From the IMG/VR virus record IMGVR_UViG_3300041097_000022, positions 1-44,417 of that record: DNA of 44,417 nt; one strand, 5' to 3'. Made by a program: the position numbers and the translations under genes. Under the pieces are notes generated by a model. The model did not search any database. It was given only the letters and a program-made list of their open reading frames with translations, and had not been told where the DNA came from. The stretch is from a virus (Duplodnaviria; Caudoviricetes). This document shows positions 8,967 to 18,098 of the stretch, one piece after another (position 1 is the stretch's first letter; each line of letters starts with the position of its first letter).

Positions 8967-9947
8967 ATGACTGAAATGATACAGCTTGGTGAAGATCTGG
9001 GAATGGGTGCAAACAAAATTTGGGGACCTGCAGGAGGGTTGCAGGTGGTGAGCCAGGTATCCAGCAACGGAACGCATCACCTGTCAGATGGAATCGTTGG
9101 CCTTCGGCAGGCGAAGCGCCCGATGGCAGTGCGGTTCGATGGAGGATCATTCTACGTTGGCACGCACGCTCACGAATATGGGCGACCGGTGGAGAACCTG
9201 GATTTTGACCGGCTGACCGGCGCGCCTGAAATGCGGGCGCTGCTTTACGGCACGCTGGCACAGTACCAGGATATGCACGGACCCTTCGATGCACCGGTCT
9301 CCCTGATGGTGGGATTGCCGCTGCAGATGATGATGGGAGAGGGCGCAAAAGCATATCAGGATGGCGTGAAAAAGTGGCTGAGGGGCACGCACGAGTTCGA
9401 GGTGGACAACAACAGCCACAAGGTGAAAATCGAGGCGGTACGGTTGACCAGCCAGCCGGTGGGGGCACTGTTCGACTATGTCATCGAAGGAGACGAGATC
9501 CAGCGCGAGCGCGCGCATGCGATGTTGGACGAGGTGGGAGTGATCAGTGTGGGATTCAATACGTTGGAGTTACTGGTCGTGAAGGACCAGGGAGCGGTCG
9601 AACGGTTCACGGCGGGGAATACCGTGGGAGTACGCCGCCTCCTGGAACTGATGAACCGCGAGGGACTCTATTCCCTGGGTGAGCTGGACGAACGGCTGAG
9701 GGCGGGGCGACTGCGGGACGAGCTGCGGACTGCGCTGCCGATCTGGAGCCGGGAGGTCAATGGCGAGATCGAGAAACGATGGGGAGGATCCTACAAACGG
9801 TTCGTGCGGGTGTTGATCGTGGGCGGAGGGGCGCTGTTGTTGAAGGACGCGTTGACTTCGCAGTTTGGCGGGAAGGCATGGGTGCCGGACCAGCCGGTGA
9901 TGAGCATTGCGCGCGGGCTGTGGAAACTGGGAAGGATGAAGAGGTAA
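8967..9947 (+). CDS. parM: ParM/StbA-family actin-like ATPase
   Basis: Actin-fold motifs GEDLGMGANK, VGLP, SQPVGA, VISVGFNT, IVGGGA. Confidence 0.85.
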   Translation: MTEMIQLGEDLGMGANKIWGPAGGLQVVSQVSSNGTHHLSDGIVGLRQAKRPMAVRFDGGSFYVGTHAHEYGRPVENLDFDRLTGAPEMRALLYGTLAQYQDMHGPFDAPVSLMVGLPLQMMMGEGAKAYQDGVKKWLRGTHEFEVDNNSHKVKIEAVRLTSQPVGALFDYVIEGDEIQRERAHAMLDEVGVISVGFNTLELLVVKDQGAVERFTAGNTVGVRRLLELMNREGLYSLGELDERLRAGRLRDELRTALPIWSREVNGEIEKRWGGSYKRFVRVLIVGGGALLLKDALTSQFGGKAWVPDQPVMSIARGLWKLGRMKR

Positions 9948-9990
9948 TGCTTTTACCACGAAGGGTCACAAAGGAACACAAAGGTTAATT

Positions 9991-10239
9991 ATGGCGAGAC
10001 GAAAAGATCTGATACCGAGTGAACGCGTGCGGATCGATGGCTACCTGAAACGTGGAGTGGATCCACAGGTGGATGCGCTGCTGGCGTGGCTGGATGGTCT
10101 GCCGAAGCGTCAACGATTCCCGATGGTGATGCGACGCTTGATGATGGGGGGAGTGATCGAGGCGGTCGTGGAGGATGGGGACGTGGAAGCTGCGCGCATT
10201 GCCGCGAAAGAGATCATGGCGGCGTTCGTGGTGGAGTGA
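9991..10239 (+). CDS. ParR-like small DNA-binding adaptor
   Basis: 82 aa directly after parM; strand-helix-helix-like pattern with an acidic tail. Confidence 0.6.
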   Translation: MARRKDLIPSERVRIDGYLKRGVDPQVDALLAWLDGLPKRQRFPMVMRRLMMGGVIEAVVEDGDVEAARIAAKEIMAAFVVE

Positions 10240-10290
10240 CCGAAGCAGAGTGACCGAAGCAAAGTGACCGAAGCAGAGCTTCGGGAATCC
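10235..10290 (+). repeat. Three tandem 14-bp repeats (AGTGACCGAAGCA[G/A]) merging into a third copy of the CCGAAGC-AGA-GCTTCGG hairpin
   Basis: Units at 10235, 10249 and 10263; hairpin plus GAATCC at 10268-10290. Confidence 0.9.
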
Positions 10291-10431
10291 AGTATAGGAG
10301 TATGGATATGGCAATTCTTAACCGCCAGGAATTATCGGAAATTCATAACCGCCAACAATTAGCGTGCGCTCGGACAGGTGCTGGAAATGGGGAGGCACGG
10401 AGGAGGGGGAGGGGAGTGGCGCGGTTGATTA

Positions 10432-10465
10432 TGCGAGGAGATTGCTTCGCTTCGCTCGCAATGAC
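10432..10465. repeat. REP-like element (GAGATTGCTTCGCTTCGCTCGCAATGAC)
   Basis: Resembles the widespread GTCATTGCGAG..GAAGCAATC palindromic repeat; TGCGAG/CTCGCA stem. Confidence 0.55.
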
Positions 10466-10488
10466 GGATAAAAAATTTGGAGGATGAG

Positions 10489-11085
10489 ATGACAGGAGAA
10501 ACGACACGAGCATATCCGTTGTATTGGCCTGAAGGTTGGCCAAGAACAGATGAACATAAACGAAAGCGGGCGCAATTCAGAGATCGATCTATCAAAGATG
10601 GACGGATTGTATTGAACAATGAGGTGCGTCGTTTTGGTGGAAGCGGATTAATTCTTTCCACAAACCTGGAATTGCGCCTATCGGATGGAAATCCGCGCTC
10701 GAACCAGAGGCAGCCGAATGATCCTGGTGTGGCGATATTTTTCAAGCGCGACAAGCAGGATATGGCACTGGCGTGCGATGTGTACACGAGCGTGGAGGAT
10801 AACCTGTGGGCACTGTGCCGCACGCTGGAGGCTTTACGCCAGATCGAGCGGGATGGCAGCCCTGCGCTGATCAACCGGGCGTTCAAGGGTTTCAAGGCGC
10901 TGCCGGACCCGGATGCGCGGGAGTGGTGGGAGGAGCTGAACATCTCCAGGACTGCGAGCACTGAGGAGATCAGGGCGGCTTATATCAGCCTGGCGAAACA
11001 GCATCACCCGGACGCAGGTGGAGATACGGCGATGTTTCAGCGAGTTGTGAGGGCGTTCAACCTGGCAATGGGTAAAGGTGGATGA
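10489..11085 (+). CDS. Phage protein with C-terminal DnaJ (J) domain
   Basis: ASTEEIRAAYISLAKQHHPDAGG with HPD motif; N-terminal AYPLYWPEGWPRT typical of phage J-domain proteins. Confidence 0.85.
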   Translation: MTGETTRAYPLYWPEGWPRTDEHKRKRAQFRDRSIKDGRIVLNNEVRRFGGSGLILSTNLELRLSDGNPRSNQRQPNDPGVAIFFKRDKQDMALACDVYTSVEDNLWALCRTLEALRQIERDGSPALINRAFKGFKALPDPDAREWWEELNISRTASTEEIRAAYISLAKQHHPDAGGDTAMFQRVVRAFNLAMGKGG

Positions 11086-11086
11086 G

Positions 11087-11251
11087 ATGAACCTAAAGCA
11101 GAAATGCGCAGTTTGCAAAAAAGACCTTTTATATTTTCGCCAGGTATTGATGATGGGACCAAAGGGATACTGGCGATATGCGTGCTGCGAAAAATGCGCT
11201 GCCAAGGTCGAATTGAAACAGAAGATCGAAACAAAAAAGGCAGGTGTGTGA
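11087..11251 (+). CDS. 54-aa Zn-finger-like protein (CAVC...CCEKC), not in ORF track
   Basis: Hand translation MNLKQKCAVCKKDLL...YACCEKCAAK...; TGATG overlap with the next gene. Confidence 0.55.
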   Translation: MNLKQKCAVCKKDLLYFRQVLMMGPKGYWRYACCEKCAAKVELKQKIETKKAGV

Positions 11252-11493
11252 TGAACAAAAAGGTTGTTCATGAGCGAGCGGCTTTATTAGTCGGTACCAG
11301 CGTAGATGACTTGCAATCCGGACTATGGTTCTTTCAATGGAACAAGAAGCTTCATGTGGAGATCGTCCGAGAAGGTTTGTCGATCTGCGAAAAGCGCGGC
11401 GAGAAGACGAAAGCTACTATATTGCGGCGGAAGCTGATCCAGATGGAGAAGAACATCAAAGCCTTGGAGGAAATGAATCATGCCAGCCTATAA
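11251..11493 (+). CDS. Hypothetical protein
   Basis: Internal ATG of the 11104..11493 ORF, coupled to the upstream stop. Confidence 0.6.
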   Translation: MNKKVVHERAALLVGTSVDDLQSGLWFFQWNKKLHVEIVREGLSICEKRGEKTKATILRRKLIQMEKNIKALEEMNHASL

Positions 11494-11863
11494 CTTTCAG
11501 CCAAGGTTTGTTGATCTGATCGTCCTAGGGAAGAAAACAACAACGATCCGGAGGAAGCGGAGCCATCCTACGCGTGGCGGAGATAAACTGACATTTTATA
11601 CCGGTCAAAGGACGAAGCGATGTGCCCGGTTCGCAGAGGGACGGTGCACTGGTGTATGGGATATCATGATCCGTCCATTTGCACATCAGATCCGGTTAAG
11701 AGGGGCAATGCTTTCAAATTCGTCCATGCTGAAACTGGCAAAGGCTGATGGTTTTGAAGGAATTTCGGATTTTTTCAAATTCTTCCAGGAACGATATGGT
11801 CAGGAGGAATTGACGGATTTTCAACTGATCGAGTTTTCGATAACCGGATGCATGGAGGAATGA
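11480..11863 (+). CDS. ASCH/PUA-like domain protein
   Basis: FVDLIVLGKKTTTIRR...GDKL...AKADGF ASCH signature. Confidence 0.8.
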   Translation: MPAYNFQPRFVDLIVLGKKTTTIRRKRSHPTRGGDKLTFYTGQRTKRCARFAEGRCTGVWDIMIRPFAHQIRLRGAMLSNSSMLKLAKADGFEGISDFFKFFQERYGQEELTDFQLIEFSITGCMEE

Positions 11864-12982
11864 ATGGGATCGAATAGCAAAATCGAATGGTGTGACCATA
11901 CGTTCAATCCGTGGATGGGGTGCACCAGGGTGAGCGAGGGGTGCGCGAATTGCTATGCCGAGGCGATGATGGATAAACGCTACGGCAAAGTGCAATGGGG
12001 TCCGCAGGGGACGCGGGTGCGGACGAGCGCGCAGATGTGGAAACAGCCGCTTCGATGGAATAAGGAGACATGGCGAGAGTGTCTGGATTGTGGGAAGCGC
12101 GGCAAGGTTGGGAAAGGACAACCGTACTATATGTGCAGATGCGATCCGGCGAAACGCAATACCGTGGAGACCAGGCAGCGGGTGTTTTGCGGAAGTCTGA
12201 TGGATGTCGCTGATCATCATCCTTCTGTGCTTAATGAATGGATCGAGGATCTCGTGCGCCTGATCGCAGAGACGCCGAACCTGGACTGGTTGTTGTTGAC
12301 GAAGCGCCCCGAGGATCTTTTGGCACGTTTCACTATGTTTTGGGGTTCCCACTGGCCGGATAATGTCTGGGTTGGGGTATCGGTCGAAAATCAAAGAGCG
12401 GCGAACACGCGCATTCCGATCCTGCAGACCATCCCGGCTGCCGTGAAATTCCTGTCCTGCGAGCCATTGCTGGATTACGTTGACCTGAGCCTGGCTGTGG
12501 AGCCTGATGCCAACGCCTGGGATGAGGTCCATGCGATGGAGGATGACGGGGAACCGGAGGAGTATGTCGAGGAGTGCGAGGCTGAACTGGACTGGATCAA
12601 TTATGGAAATGACCTGGTTGTTAATCCTGCCCACCGAGAGTGGGAGGAGAGACGGCGGATAGCAGCAGGTTACAAGATGCTGGCACATGGGGCGATCAAC
12701 TGGGTGATCTGCGGAGGGGAGAGCGGTCCGTTCGCAAGACCGATGGACCCAGGTTGGGCGAGGGCGCTGAGGGATATTTGCGACGATACAGGTGTTCATT
12801 TCTTTTTCAAGCAGTGGGGGGAATACATTCCACTGGATCACCTGGGTTTGGAGGATGAGACGGAATATTGCCCGGTGGTGCAGATGGGGGAATCGTGGAT
12901 GGTGAGGGCTGGAAAGAAAAAATCGGGGAATGTGCTGGATGGGAAGACGTGGATGGAGGTGCCGAGTGGATCAAATTATTGA
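11864..12982 (+). CDS. DUF5131 / Gp37-Gp68 family protein
   Basis: IEWCDHTFNPWMGCTRVSEGCANCYA, LLTKRP, FLSCEPLL, WVICGGESG, FFFKQWG. Confidence 0.92.
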   Translation: MGSNSKIEWCDHTFNPWMGCTRVSEGCANCYAEAMMDKRYGKVQWGPQGTRVRTSAQMWKQPLRWNKETWRECLDCGKRGKVGKGQPYYMCRCDPAKRNTVETRQRVFCGSLMDVADHHPSVLNEWIEDLVRLIAETPNLDWLLLTKRPEDLLARFTMFWGSHWPDNVWVGVSVENQRAANTRIPILQTIPAAVKFLSCEPLLDYVDLSLAVEPDANAWDEVHAMEDDGEPEEYVEECEAELDWINYGNDLVVNPAHREWEERRRIAAGYKMLAHGAINWVICGGESGPFARPMDPGWARALRDICDDTGVHFFFKQWGEYIPLDHLGLEDETEYCPVVQMGESWMVRAGKKKSGNVLDGKTWMEVPSGSNY

Positions 12983-13409
12983 AAATGCGATCACATTTGA
13001 CGGCATGAGGTCGTTGAAGGTGATCGGTGAGGTTGAGATTGATGCCATGAAGTGGCAGGCGATGATCCCAAACGAGGCACAGGGATTGGTGAAATGCCGC
13101 GGGTGGAAGGACGAATCATTGGGCATTTATTATTTGACAATGGTCTGGCCAGCCCGGGATTGCATCCCTGGTGTGATGGTTGGAAAGGTCCGCTATGAGC
13201 GCCCGATGGTGATCTGGCGGATGGTGGCAGGGGAGCGGGTAAGCACTGCGATCCAGGAAGCTGCAAAATTGTTCAAGAGGGAGCACGGACGGCAGCCGGA
13301 ATTTGCATGGTTGAAAACAATACCAAAAGGGGCGGAACAATATGTGGAGGATGTGGAATTATTGCAAGTGGATTGGGCGTATCCTGGATGTGTAATGGTA
13401 GGAGGTTGA
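12966..13409 (+). CDS. Hypothetical protein
   Basis: GTG start after GGAGG, within the 12930..13409 ORF. Confidence 0.6.
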   Translation: MDQIIENAITFDGMRSLKVIGEVEIDAMKWQAMIPNEAQGLVKCRGWKDESLGIYYLTMVWPARDCIPGVMVGKVRYERPMVIWRMVAGERVSTAIQEAAKLFKREHGRQPEFAWLKTIPKGAEQYVEDVELLQVDWAYPGCVMVGG

Positions 13410-13712
13410 ATGGCTGATAAACCGTGGAAGTGCCAATGCGGCGCAGTACTGGGACTCATCTCATGGGACGATAACGACATCCCACAACTATTGTTATATC
13501 GTCATGCCGTAGACATGAATGCAGATCATCCAGCAGAGGTGGAGGTATTGGGTGCGTTGATGGGGAGGATGCCGGTGGAATGCGATGGATGCGGACGGGT
13601 GCAGGTATGGTGGCCATCGGCGCAGACGATGCTGGCATTGCTCGATATGCTGAATGTGGAGCAGATACGGCAGTTTGCGGAGGCGTTTTTGATGAGGAAA
13701 GATCTCCCTTGA
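13410..13712 (+). CDS. Zn-ribbon hypothetical protein, last gene of the early operon
   Basis: WKCQCGAVLG ... CDGCGR; GGAGG RBS. Confidence 0.65.
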   Translation: MADKPWKCQCGAVLGLISWDDNDIPQLLLYRHAVDMNADHPAEVEVLGALMGRMPVECDGCGRVQVWWPSAQTMLALLDMLNVEQIRQFAEAFLMRKDLP

Positions 13713-13736
13713 CATCCTAACCGATTAGGTTATAAT
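13709..13736 (+). promoter_or_regulatory. Consensus sigma70 promoter of the moron, with a palindrome in the spacer
   Basis: TTGACA (13709-14), 16 nt containing CCTAA-CCGA-TTAGG, TATAAT (13731-36). Confidence 0.85.
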
Positions 13737-13757
13737 ATAGGCAAGGAGAAAAAAACC

Positions 13758-14357
13758 ATGTCTAAATCATTCTACATGATGAACCTAAACCCGTCTGCTG
13801 TTTCTATTGTGGAAGGAATAGGACTGTATCAGCTCGAGGATTTGGAGCAGGCTATCCATGCCCGGAAAAATGAATTGATGGCAAGCGCATTGATTAGTTC
13901 CGGCATTCCTGCCCGGTGGATGACTGATGCCGGTGGCGAGAAAAATGTGTTCGGTTTGATCTGTGTATATGATCCATCCGGAGAGCTTCCTGGAGAATGG
14001 GCAACATTGGATGAATGCAAAAAACTTCTCAACACTGTGGCAAACCTAAAACCCGATCTCGCTTTTCGCCGCTGGCGGGAAAAAATTGAAGCATTGACTG
14101 AGGAGCCATATACTCACGCTGATGCCATTCGAGACATAAAAAATGAACGTGCTGAACTGGAAAAAAAATATAACGATGGCCGGATCGATCATGAAACCTA
14201 TCGTCTCGGGCATGCCCAGGCACGAGACTATTTGGGTTATGTCAGCGATGCAGCTAGAACGCTCGGAAAACTCGGCGGATCTGCCACCAGTGAAATTAAA
14301 AAGAAATCCAGTGCAAAAAATGGACGACTGGGGGGAAGACCAAAGGCGACAAAATGA
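13758..14357 (+). CDS. Hypothetical protein with basic C-terminal AARTLGKLGG...NGRLGGRPK motif (possible DNA binding)
   Basis: AAGGAG RBS; Gly/Lys/Arg-rich tail. Confidence 0.7.
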   Translation: MSKSFYMMNLNPSAVSIVEGIGLYQLEDLEQAIHARKNELMASALISSGIPARWMTDAGGEKNVFGLICVYDPSGELPGEWATLDECKKLLNTVANLKPDLAFRRWREKIEALTEEPYTHADAIRDIKNERAELEKKYNDGRIDHETYRLGHAQARDYLGYVSDAARTLGKLGGSATSEIKKKSSAKNGRLGGRPKATK

Positions 14358-14385
14358 AATTCACAATCAAAAAGGAGATGGAACA

Positions 14386-14742
14386 ATGAACGAAACTTCC
14401 ACGAGACTGTATGGGTACCCTGTAATTGGCACTGGTCGGATTGTTGTCGAGTTTGACGAATCGGGTTGGAATATAATAGAGGACACGAGAAGCGAAGGCT
14501 CGATTGGTGGTTACCTGCATATCGGACAAAACGAGGATGGCGATATAAGCGCCGATGCAGTCACCGACCAGGTGCGCGACAGCATAATCAGATACAGCTA
14601 CTATATCAACAGCATTGCCTTCAATAACCCCAAAAATCTGCCCGGCATTGGGGCCTCGCCACAGACACAATATATGAGCGGTCTCTCGATTGCAGAGCGC
14701 GAGGAAATAGGCAATAAAGGACAGCGCGCTTTCTACGCATAA
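14386..14742 (+). CDS. Hypothetical protein (118 aa)
   Basis: AAGGAG RBS before ATG 14386, within the 14143..14742 ORF. Confidence 0.65.
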   Translation: MNETSTRLYGYPVIGTGRIVVEFDESGWNIIEDTRSEGSIGGYLHIGQNEDGDISADAVTDQVRDSIIRYSYYINSIAFNNPKNLPGIGASPQTQYMSGLSIAEREEIGNKGQRAFYA

Positions 14743-14780
14743 AACTAGATGGAGAAATTTCTTCCTCCCTCCAATCGGAA

Positions 14781-16769
14781 ATGATTCTATCCCCTGCAAC
14801 TCCGCAATCCGAAACCATTGCCAGAATTTGGACTTCTGGCAATGGTTTGCTTTGTTCATTTTATGAACATAATGACAACTTCCGAAAGCAGGTTAAAAGC
14901 GTCGGGTTGGAATGGTCGGAAATAAAGCGCGCATGGTTTAGGGAATTGAATATCGAGGTGAATGGACGGCCACTGGACCGCGCGGCGGAACTGGTATCGA
15001 AATTGATCAATGCCGGTTTTGCATGCGAGGTAGATAACCGGGTGGCAGGATTGGTGCAGGCGGGGACATGGGAGCCAGAGAATAAATGCTGGGTGAAATT
15101 CATCGAAGGGAAATATCATTTGCGCTGGCGCGGGCAGGACGAGAATTTATATCGGCGGGCTTTAATGCTGCCTGAGGCGCACTGGGATAGCGAAACGAAG
15201 ACGGTATCGATTCCTGCAGTGTATTTTGCGGAGGTGATCGGGTTCGCCGAGGAGCATGATTTTCAATTCACCAAAGTGGCACAGGAGAGTCTTGAGAATT
15301 CTCGGCGGGAATATCAACGGGTGATTTTGCCTGAAGCGCCTGCGCCCAAGAAAAAGAAAAATGATCCCAAAGAATATTTTTGCCAGGCGGATAAATTTCA
15401 CGATCTTCCAGAACGTAATATTATGACGAAGACCGAGTTGCTTAAGCACCAGGGCAGGGCCGTAGAGAAAATTATGCCGATGCGTGTGGGGGCGTTGTTT
15501 ATGGATATGGGGACGGGGAAGACGCGATGCGCCATTGAGCTGGTGGTACAACGTCAGCAACGGGTGAGCCGCGTGATATGGTTCTGCCCTGTTGGTCTCA
15601 AATTGACCATCGCGGCAGAGATTGAGAAACATACAACTGGAGCATCGGTCCATATTTTTAATGGGGAAACGAGCACAGAAGATATTCCAGGAGCGTTCTG
15701 GTACATCGTCGGGATTGAGTCGATGTCGAGCAGCGACCGAGTTGTGCTTGCTGTACATCAATTGATCGACCAGGATACGTTTGTGATTGTGGATGAATCC
15801 AGTTACATAAAGGGACATGCATCAAAACGATCAATGCGGATTGCGGACCTGAGCGCGATATCCCGATATCGCTTGTTATTAACAGGTACGCCGATTACCC
15901 AGGGCGTGGTTGACCTATATGCGCAAATGCGTTTTCTTTCCCCTGACATTTTAGGCTACAACTCGTTTTATTCATTTGCCAATAAACATTTAGAATACAG
16001 CGAAAACTATCCCGGGATGATATTGCGATCGAGACATGTGAAGCAATTGGTAGAGAAAATGTTGCCATTCATTTACCAGGTGACAAAAGGTGAATGCATG
16101 GACCTACCTGAAAAACTATACGATAAAATTTATTATAGATTGACCGATGAACAACGGGATGCCTATTGCCAAGCCAAGGACGAAATATTAAATGGGCTTT
16201 TAGAAGAGATTCCAGATTACATGATCTTCCAATTGTTCACGGCGCTACAGCAGATCGTTTCTGGATTCTGGAACCACAATGGGAAGGACTTTATCCGCCT
16301 GCCACATAAGCGTATTGAGACGCTACAATTAGTGATCGGCGGAATTCCGGAAAACGAGAAAGTAATCATCTGGTGTAAATATGTAGAGAGCGTTAAGCAG
16401 ATCGCGGCGGAACTCGACGGATGCGCGCTGTATTACGGCGGTCTCTCTGAAAATCAAAGGAATGTGCAGCTACAATTATTTAAGGGACAGGCCCGGTTCC
16501 TGGTGGCGACCCAGGCAACAGGCGGGCATGGCTTGACATTGAACGAAGCGCATTATCATATTTTCTATGAAAACGAATTTAAATACAGTCATCGTGTCCA
16601 GGCGGAGGATCGCAGCCACCGGATTGGACAAACAGAACATGTAACCTATATCGACATTGTTTCCAATTCCGGAATAGATCAGAGAATTCAGGATGCCTTA
16701 ATTAAGAAACAGGATGTAGTAAAAGCATTCCGGAATGAAATCAACAAGCGGAAGGTGTCAGAATTATGA
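14781..16769 (+). CDS. SNF2-family (SF2) helicase with N-terminal extension
   Basis: MDMGTGKT, IVDESS, LLTGTP, GGHGLTL, QAEDRSHRIGQ. Confidence 0.92.
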   Translation: MILSPATPQSETIARIWTSGNGLLCSFYEHNDNFRKQVKSVGLEWSEIKRAWFRELNIEVNGRPLDRAAELVSKLINAGFACEVDNRVAGLVQAGTWEPENKCWVKFIEGKYHLRWRGQDENLYRRALMLPEAHWDSETKTVSIPAVYFAEVIGFAEEHDFQFTKVAQESLENSRREYQRVILPEAPAPKKKKNDPKEYFCQADKFHDLPERNIMTKTELLKHQGRAVEKIMPMRVGALFMDMGTGKTRCAIELVVQRQQRVSRVIWFCPVGLKLTIAAEIEKHTTGASVHIFNGETSTEDIPGAFWYIVGIESMSSSDRVVLAVHQLIDQDTFVIVDESSYIKGHASKRSMRIADLSAISRYRLLLTGTPITQGVVDLYAQMRFLSPDILGYNSFYSFANKHLEYSENYPGMILRSRHVKQLVEKMLPFIYQVTKGECMDLPEKLYDKIYYRLTDEQRDAYCQAKDEILNGLLEEIPDYMIFQLFTALQQIVSGFWNHNGKDFIRLPHKRIETLQLVIGGIPENEKVIIWCKYVESVKQIAAELDGCALYYGGLSENQRNVQLQLFKGQARFLVATQATGGHGLTLNEAHYHIFYENEFKYSHRVQAEDRSHRIGQTEHVTYIDIVSNSGIDQRIQDALIKKQDVVKAFRNEINKRKVSEL

Positions 16770-18097
16770 GCACTCAATACCTTGCAGAGAATGTATTCGA
16801 AGCCGCTCAGGAACGCATTGAATTCATTTTTCAGGAATTTGATAATATCGAAATTTCATTTTCCGGTGGTAAGGATAGCGGGGTTTTGCTGAACATGGTG
16901 TTTCAATATATGCGGCGAAACAGCATCACGAAAAAGATCATTGTGCAATACATGGATTATGAGGGCAGTTATCAGTACACAGAAGATTTCATTCGGCGGA
17001 TGGTAGAGACTAATGCGGATCTAATCGAGTTGTACTGGAATTGCCTGACCTATAAGACCAAGTGCGGGGTGTCAATCTATCGGAATTATTGGCTGCCGTG
17101 GAATGAAGAGGAACGGGAGATTTGGGTGCGGGAGTATCCTGAACTCGGGAATGGTTTGCATATCATCAATAAAGATAATCATCATTACGATTTTTATTAT
17201 CACGGGATCGAGGACACGGATTTTGATTTGAAATTTACAGATTGGCTGCACAGGACAAAAGAGGCACACCAGACCATCAATGTGCTTGGCATCCGGACGC
17301 AGGAGAGCGTGAACCGGTGGCGAGCAGTAGCGGGCGAGCGAAAAGTCAATATGTACCAGGGCAGGAAATGGATCACACAGGTGAAAAAAAATCAATACAT
17401 GGCGTATCCACTTTATGATTGGCAGACAGAGGATATCTGGACAGCCAATGCCCGCGAAGGATGGGACTATAACAAACTCTACGATCTATATTATCAGGCT
17501 GGGGTGAAGCTGGACGAAATGCGCGTGGCAAGCGCCTTTATTGACGAGGGAGTATCCAACCTTGGATTACATCGCGCCATCGAACCTGATAAATGGTCAA
17601 AGCTGGTTGGAAGGGTAAACGGCGCAAATTTTGGAGCGATCTATGGTGGAACAAAAGCAATGGGGTATAAAGCCGTCTCGCTTCCCAAAGGGCATACCTG
17701 GAAGAGCTACAGCGAATTTCTGCTTTCAACGCTCCCGCCTTATATCGGGAAAATGTTTCGCAAAAAATTCGAGAGCACGTTCAAGGTTTGGTTGGAAAAG
17801 GGAGCGACGGTACTGCGTTCATCCCTGCCGGATTTGGAGGCATCCGGATATGAATTTGAGGTCCTGGGAAAACCGCCAGGTAAGATCTATGAAGATCGCG
17901 ATGATATTGTCCTGGTCAAATTTATGGAATATCCGGATGATATCGACAGCAGTTACTTTGTGAATCTTCCGAGTTACAAGCGGATGTGCATCACCATTTT
18001 GAAGAATGACTACAGCTGTAAATATATGGGTTATGGAATGACCACATATGAAAAGCAATTACGGCATGATGCGATGAACAAATATAAGGATTTGTGA
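16766..18097 (+). CDS. ibrA: PAPS-reductase-fold / DUF3440 protein (IbrA/YbdN-like)
   Basis: PP-loop SFSGGKDSG, GIRTQES..R, YPLYDW..EDIW, RVNGANFG, SYKRMCITILKND..CK. Confidence 0.88.
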   Translation: MSTQYLAENVFEAAQERIEFIFQEFDNIEISFSGGKDSGVLLNMVFQYMRRNSITKKIIVQYMDYEGSYQYTEDFIRRMVETNADLIELYWNCLTYKTKCGVSIYRNYWLPWNEEEREIWVREYPELGNGLHIINKDNHHYDFYYHGIEDTDFDLKFTDWLHRTKEAHQTINVLGIRTQESVNRWRAVAGERKVNMYQGRKWITQVKKNQYMAYPLYDWQTEDIWTANAREGWDYNKLYDLYYQAGVKLDEMRVASAFIDEGVSNLGLHRAIEPDKWSKLVGRVNGANFGAIYGGTKAMGYKAVSLPKGHTWKSYSEFLLSTLPPYIGKMFRKKFESTFKVWLEKGATVLRSSLPDLEASGYEFEVLGKPPGKIYEDRDDIVLVKFMEYPDDIDSSYFVNLPSYKRMCITILKNDYSCKYMGYGMTTYEKQLRHDAMNKYKDL

Positions 18098-18098
18098 T

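Noticed and set aside
8003-10290. CRISPR array from the palindromic CCGAAGCAGAGCTTCGG repeats
   Set aside because: Copies are hundreds to thousands of bp apart or directly tandem; no regular spacers and no cas genes
10302-10487. 61-aa ORF after the third repeat copy
   Set aside because: Has a possible RBS but runs through a G-rich tract and a REP-like element; too weak to call
11714-12841. Long minus-strand ORFs (also 3443..4186, 7223..8068, 23948..24697, 34377..35081)
   Set aside because: Shadow frames opposite well-supported plus-strand genes; no motifs or RBS
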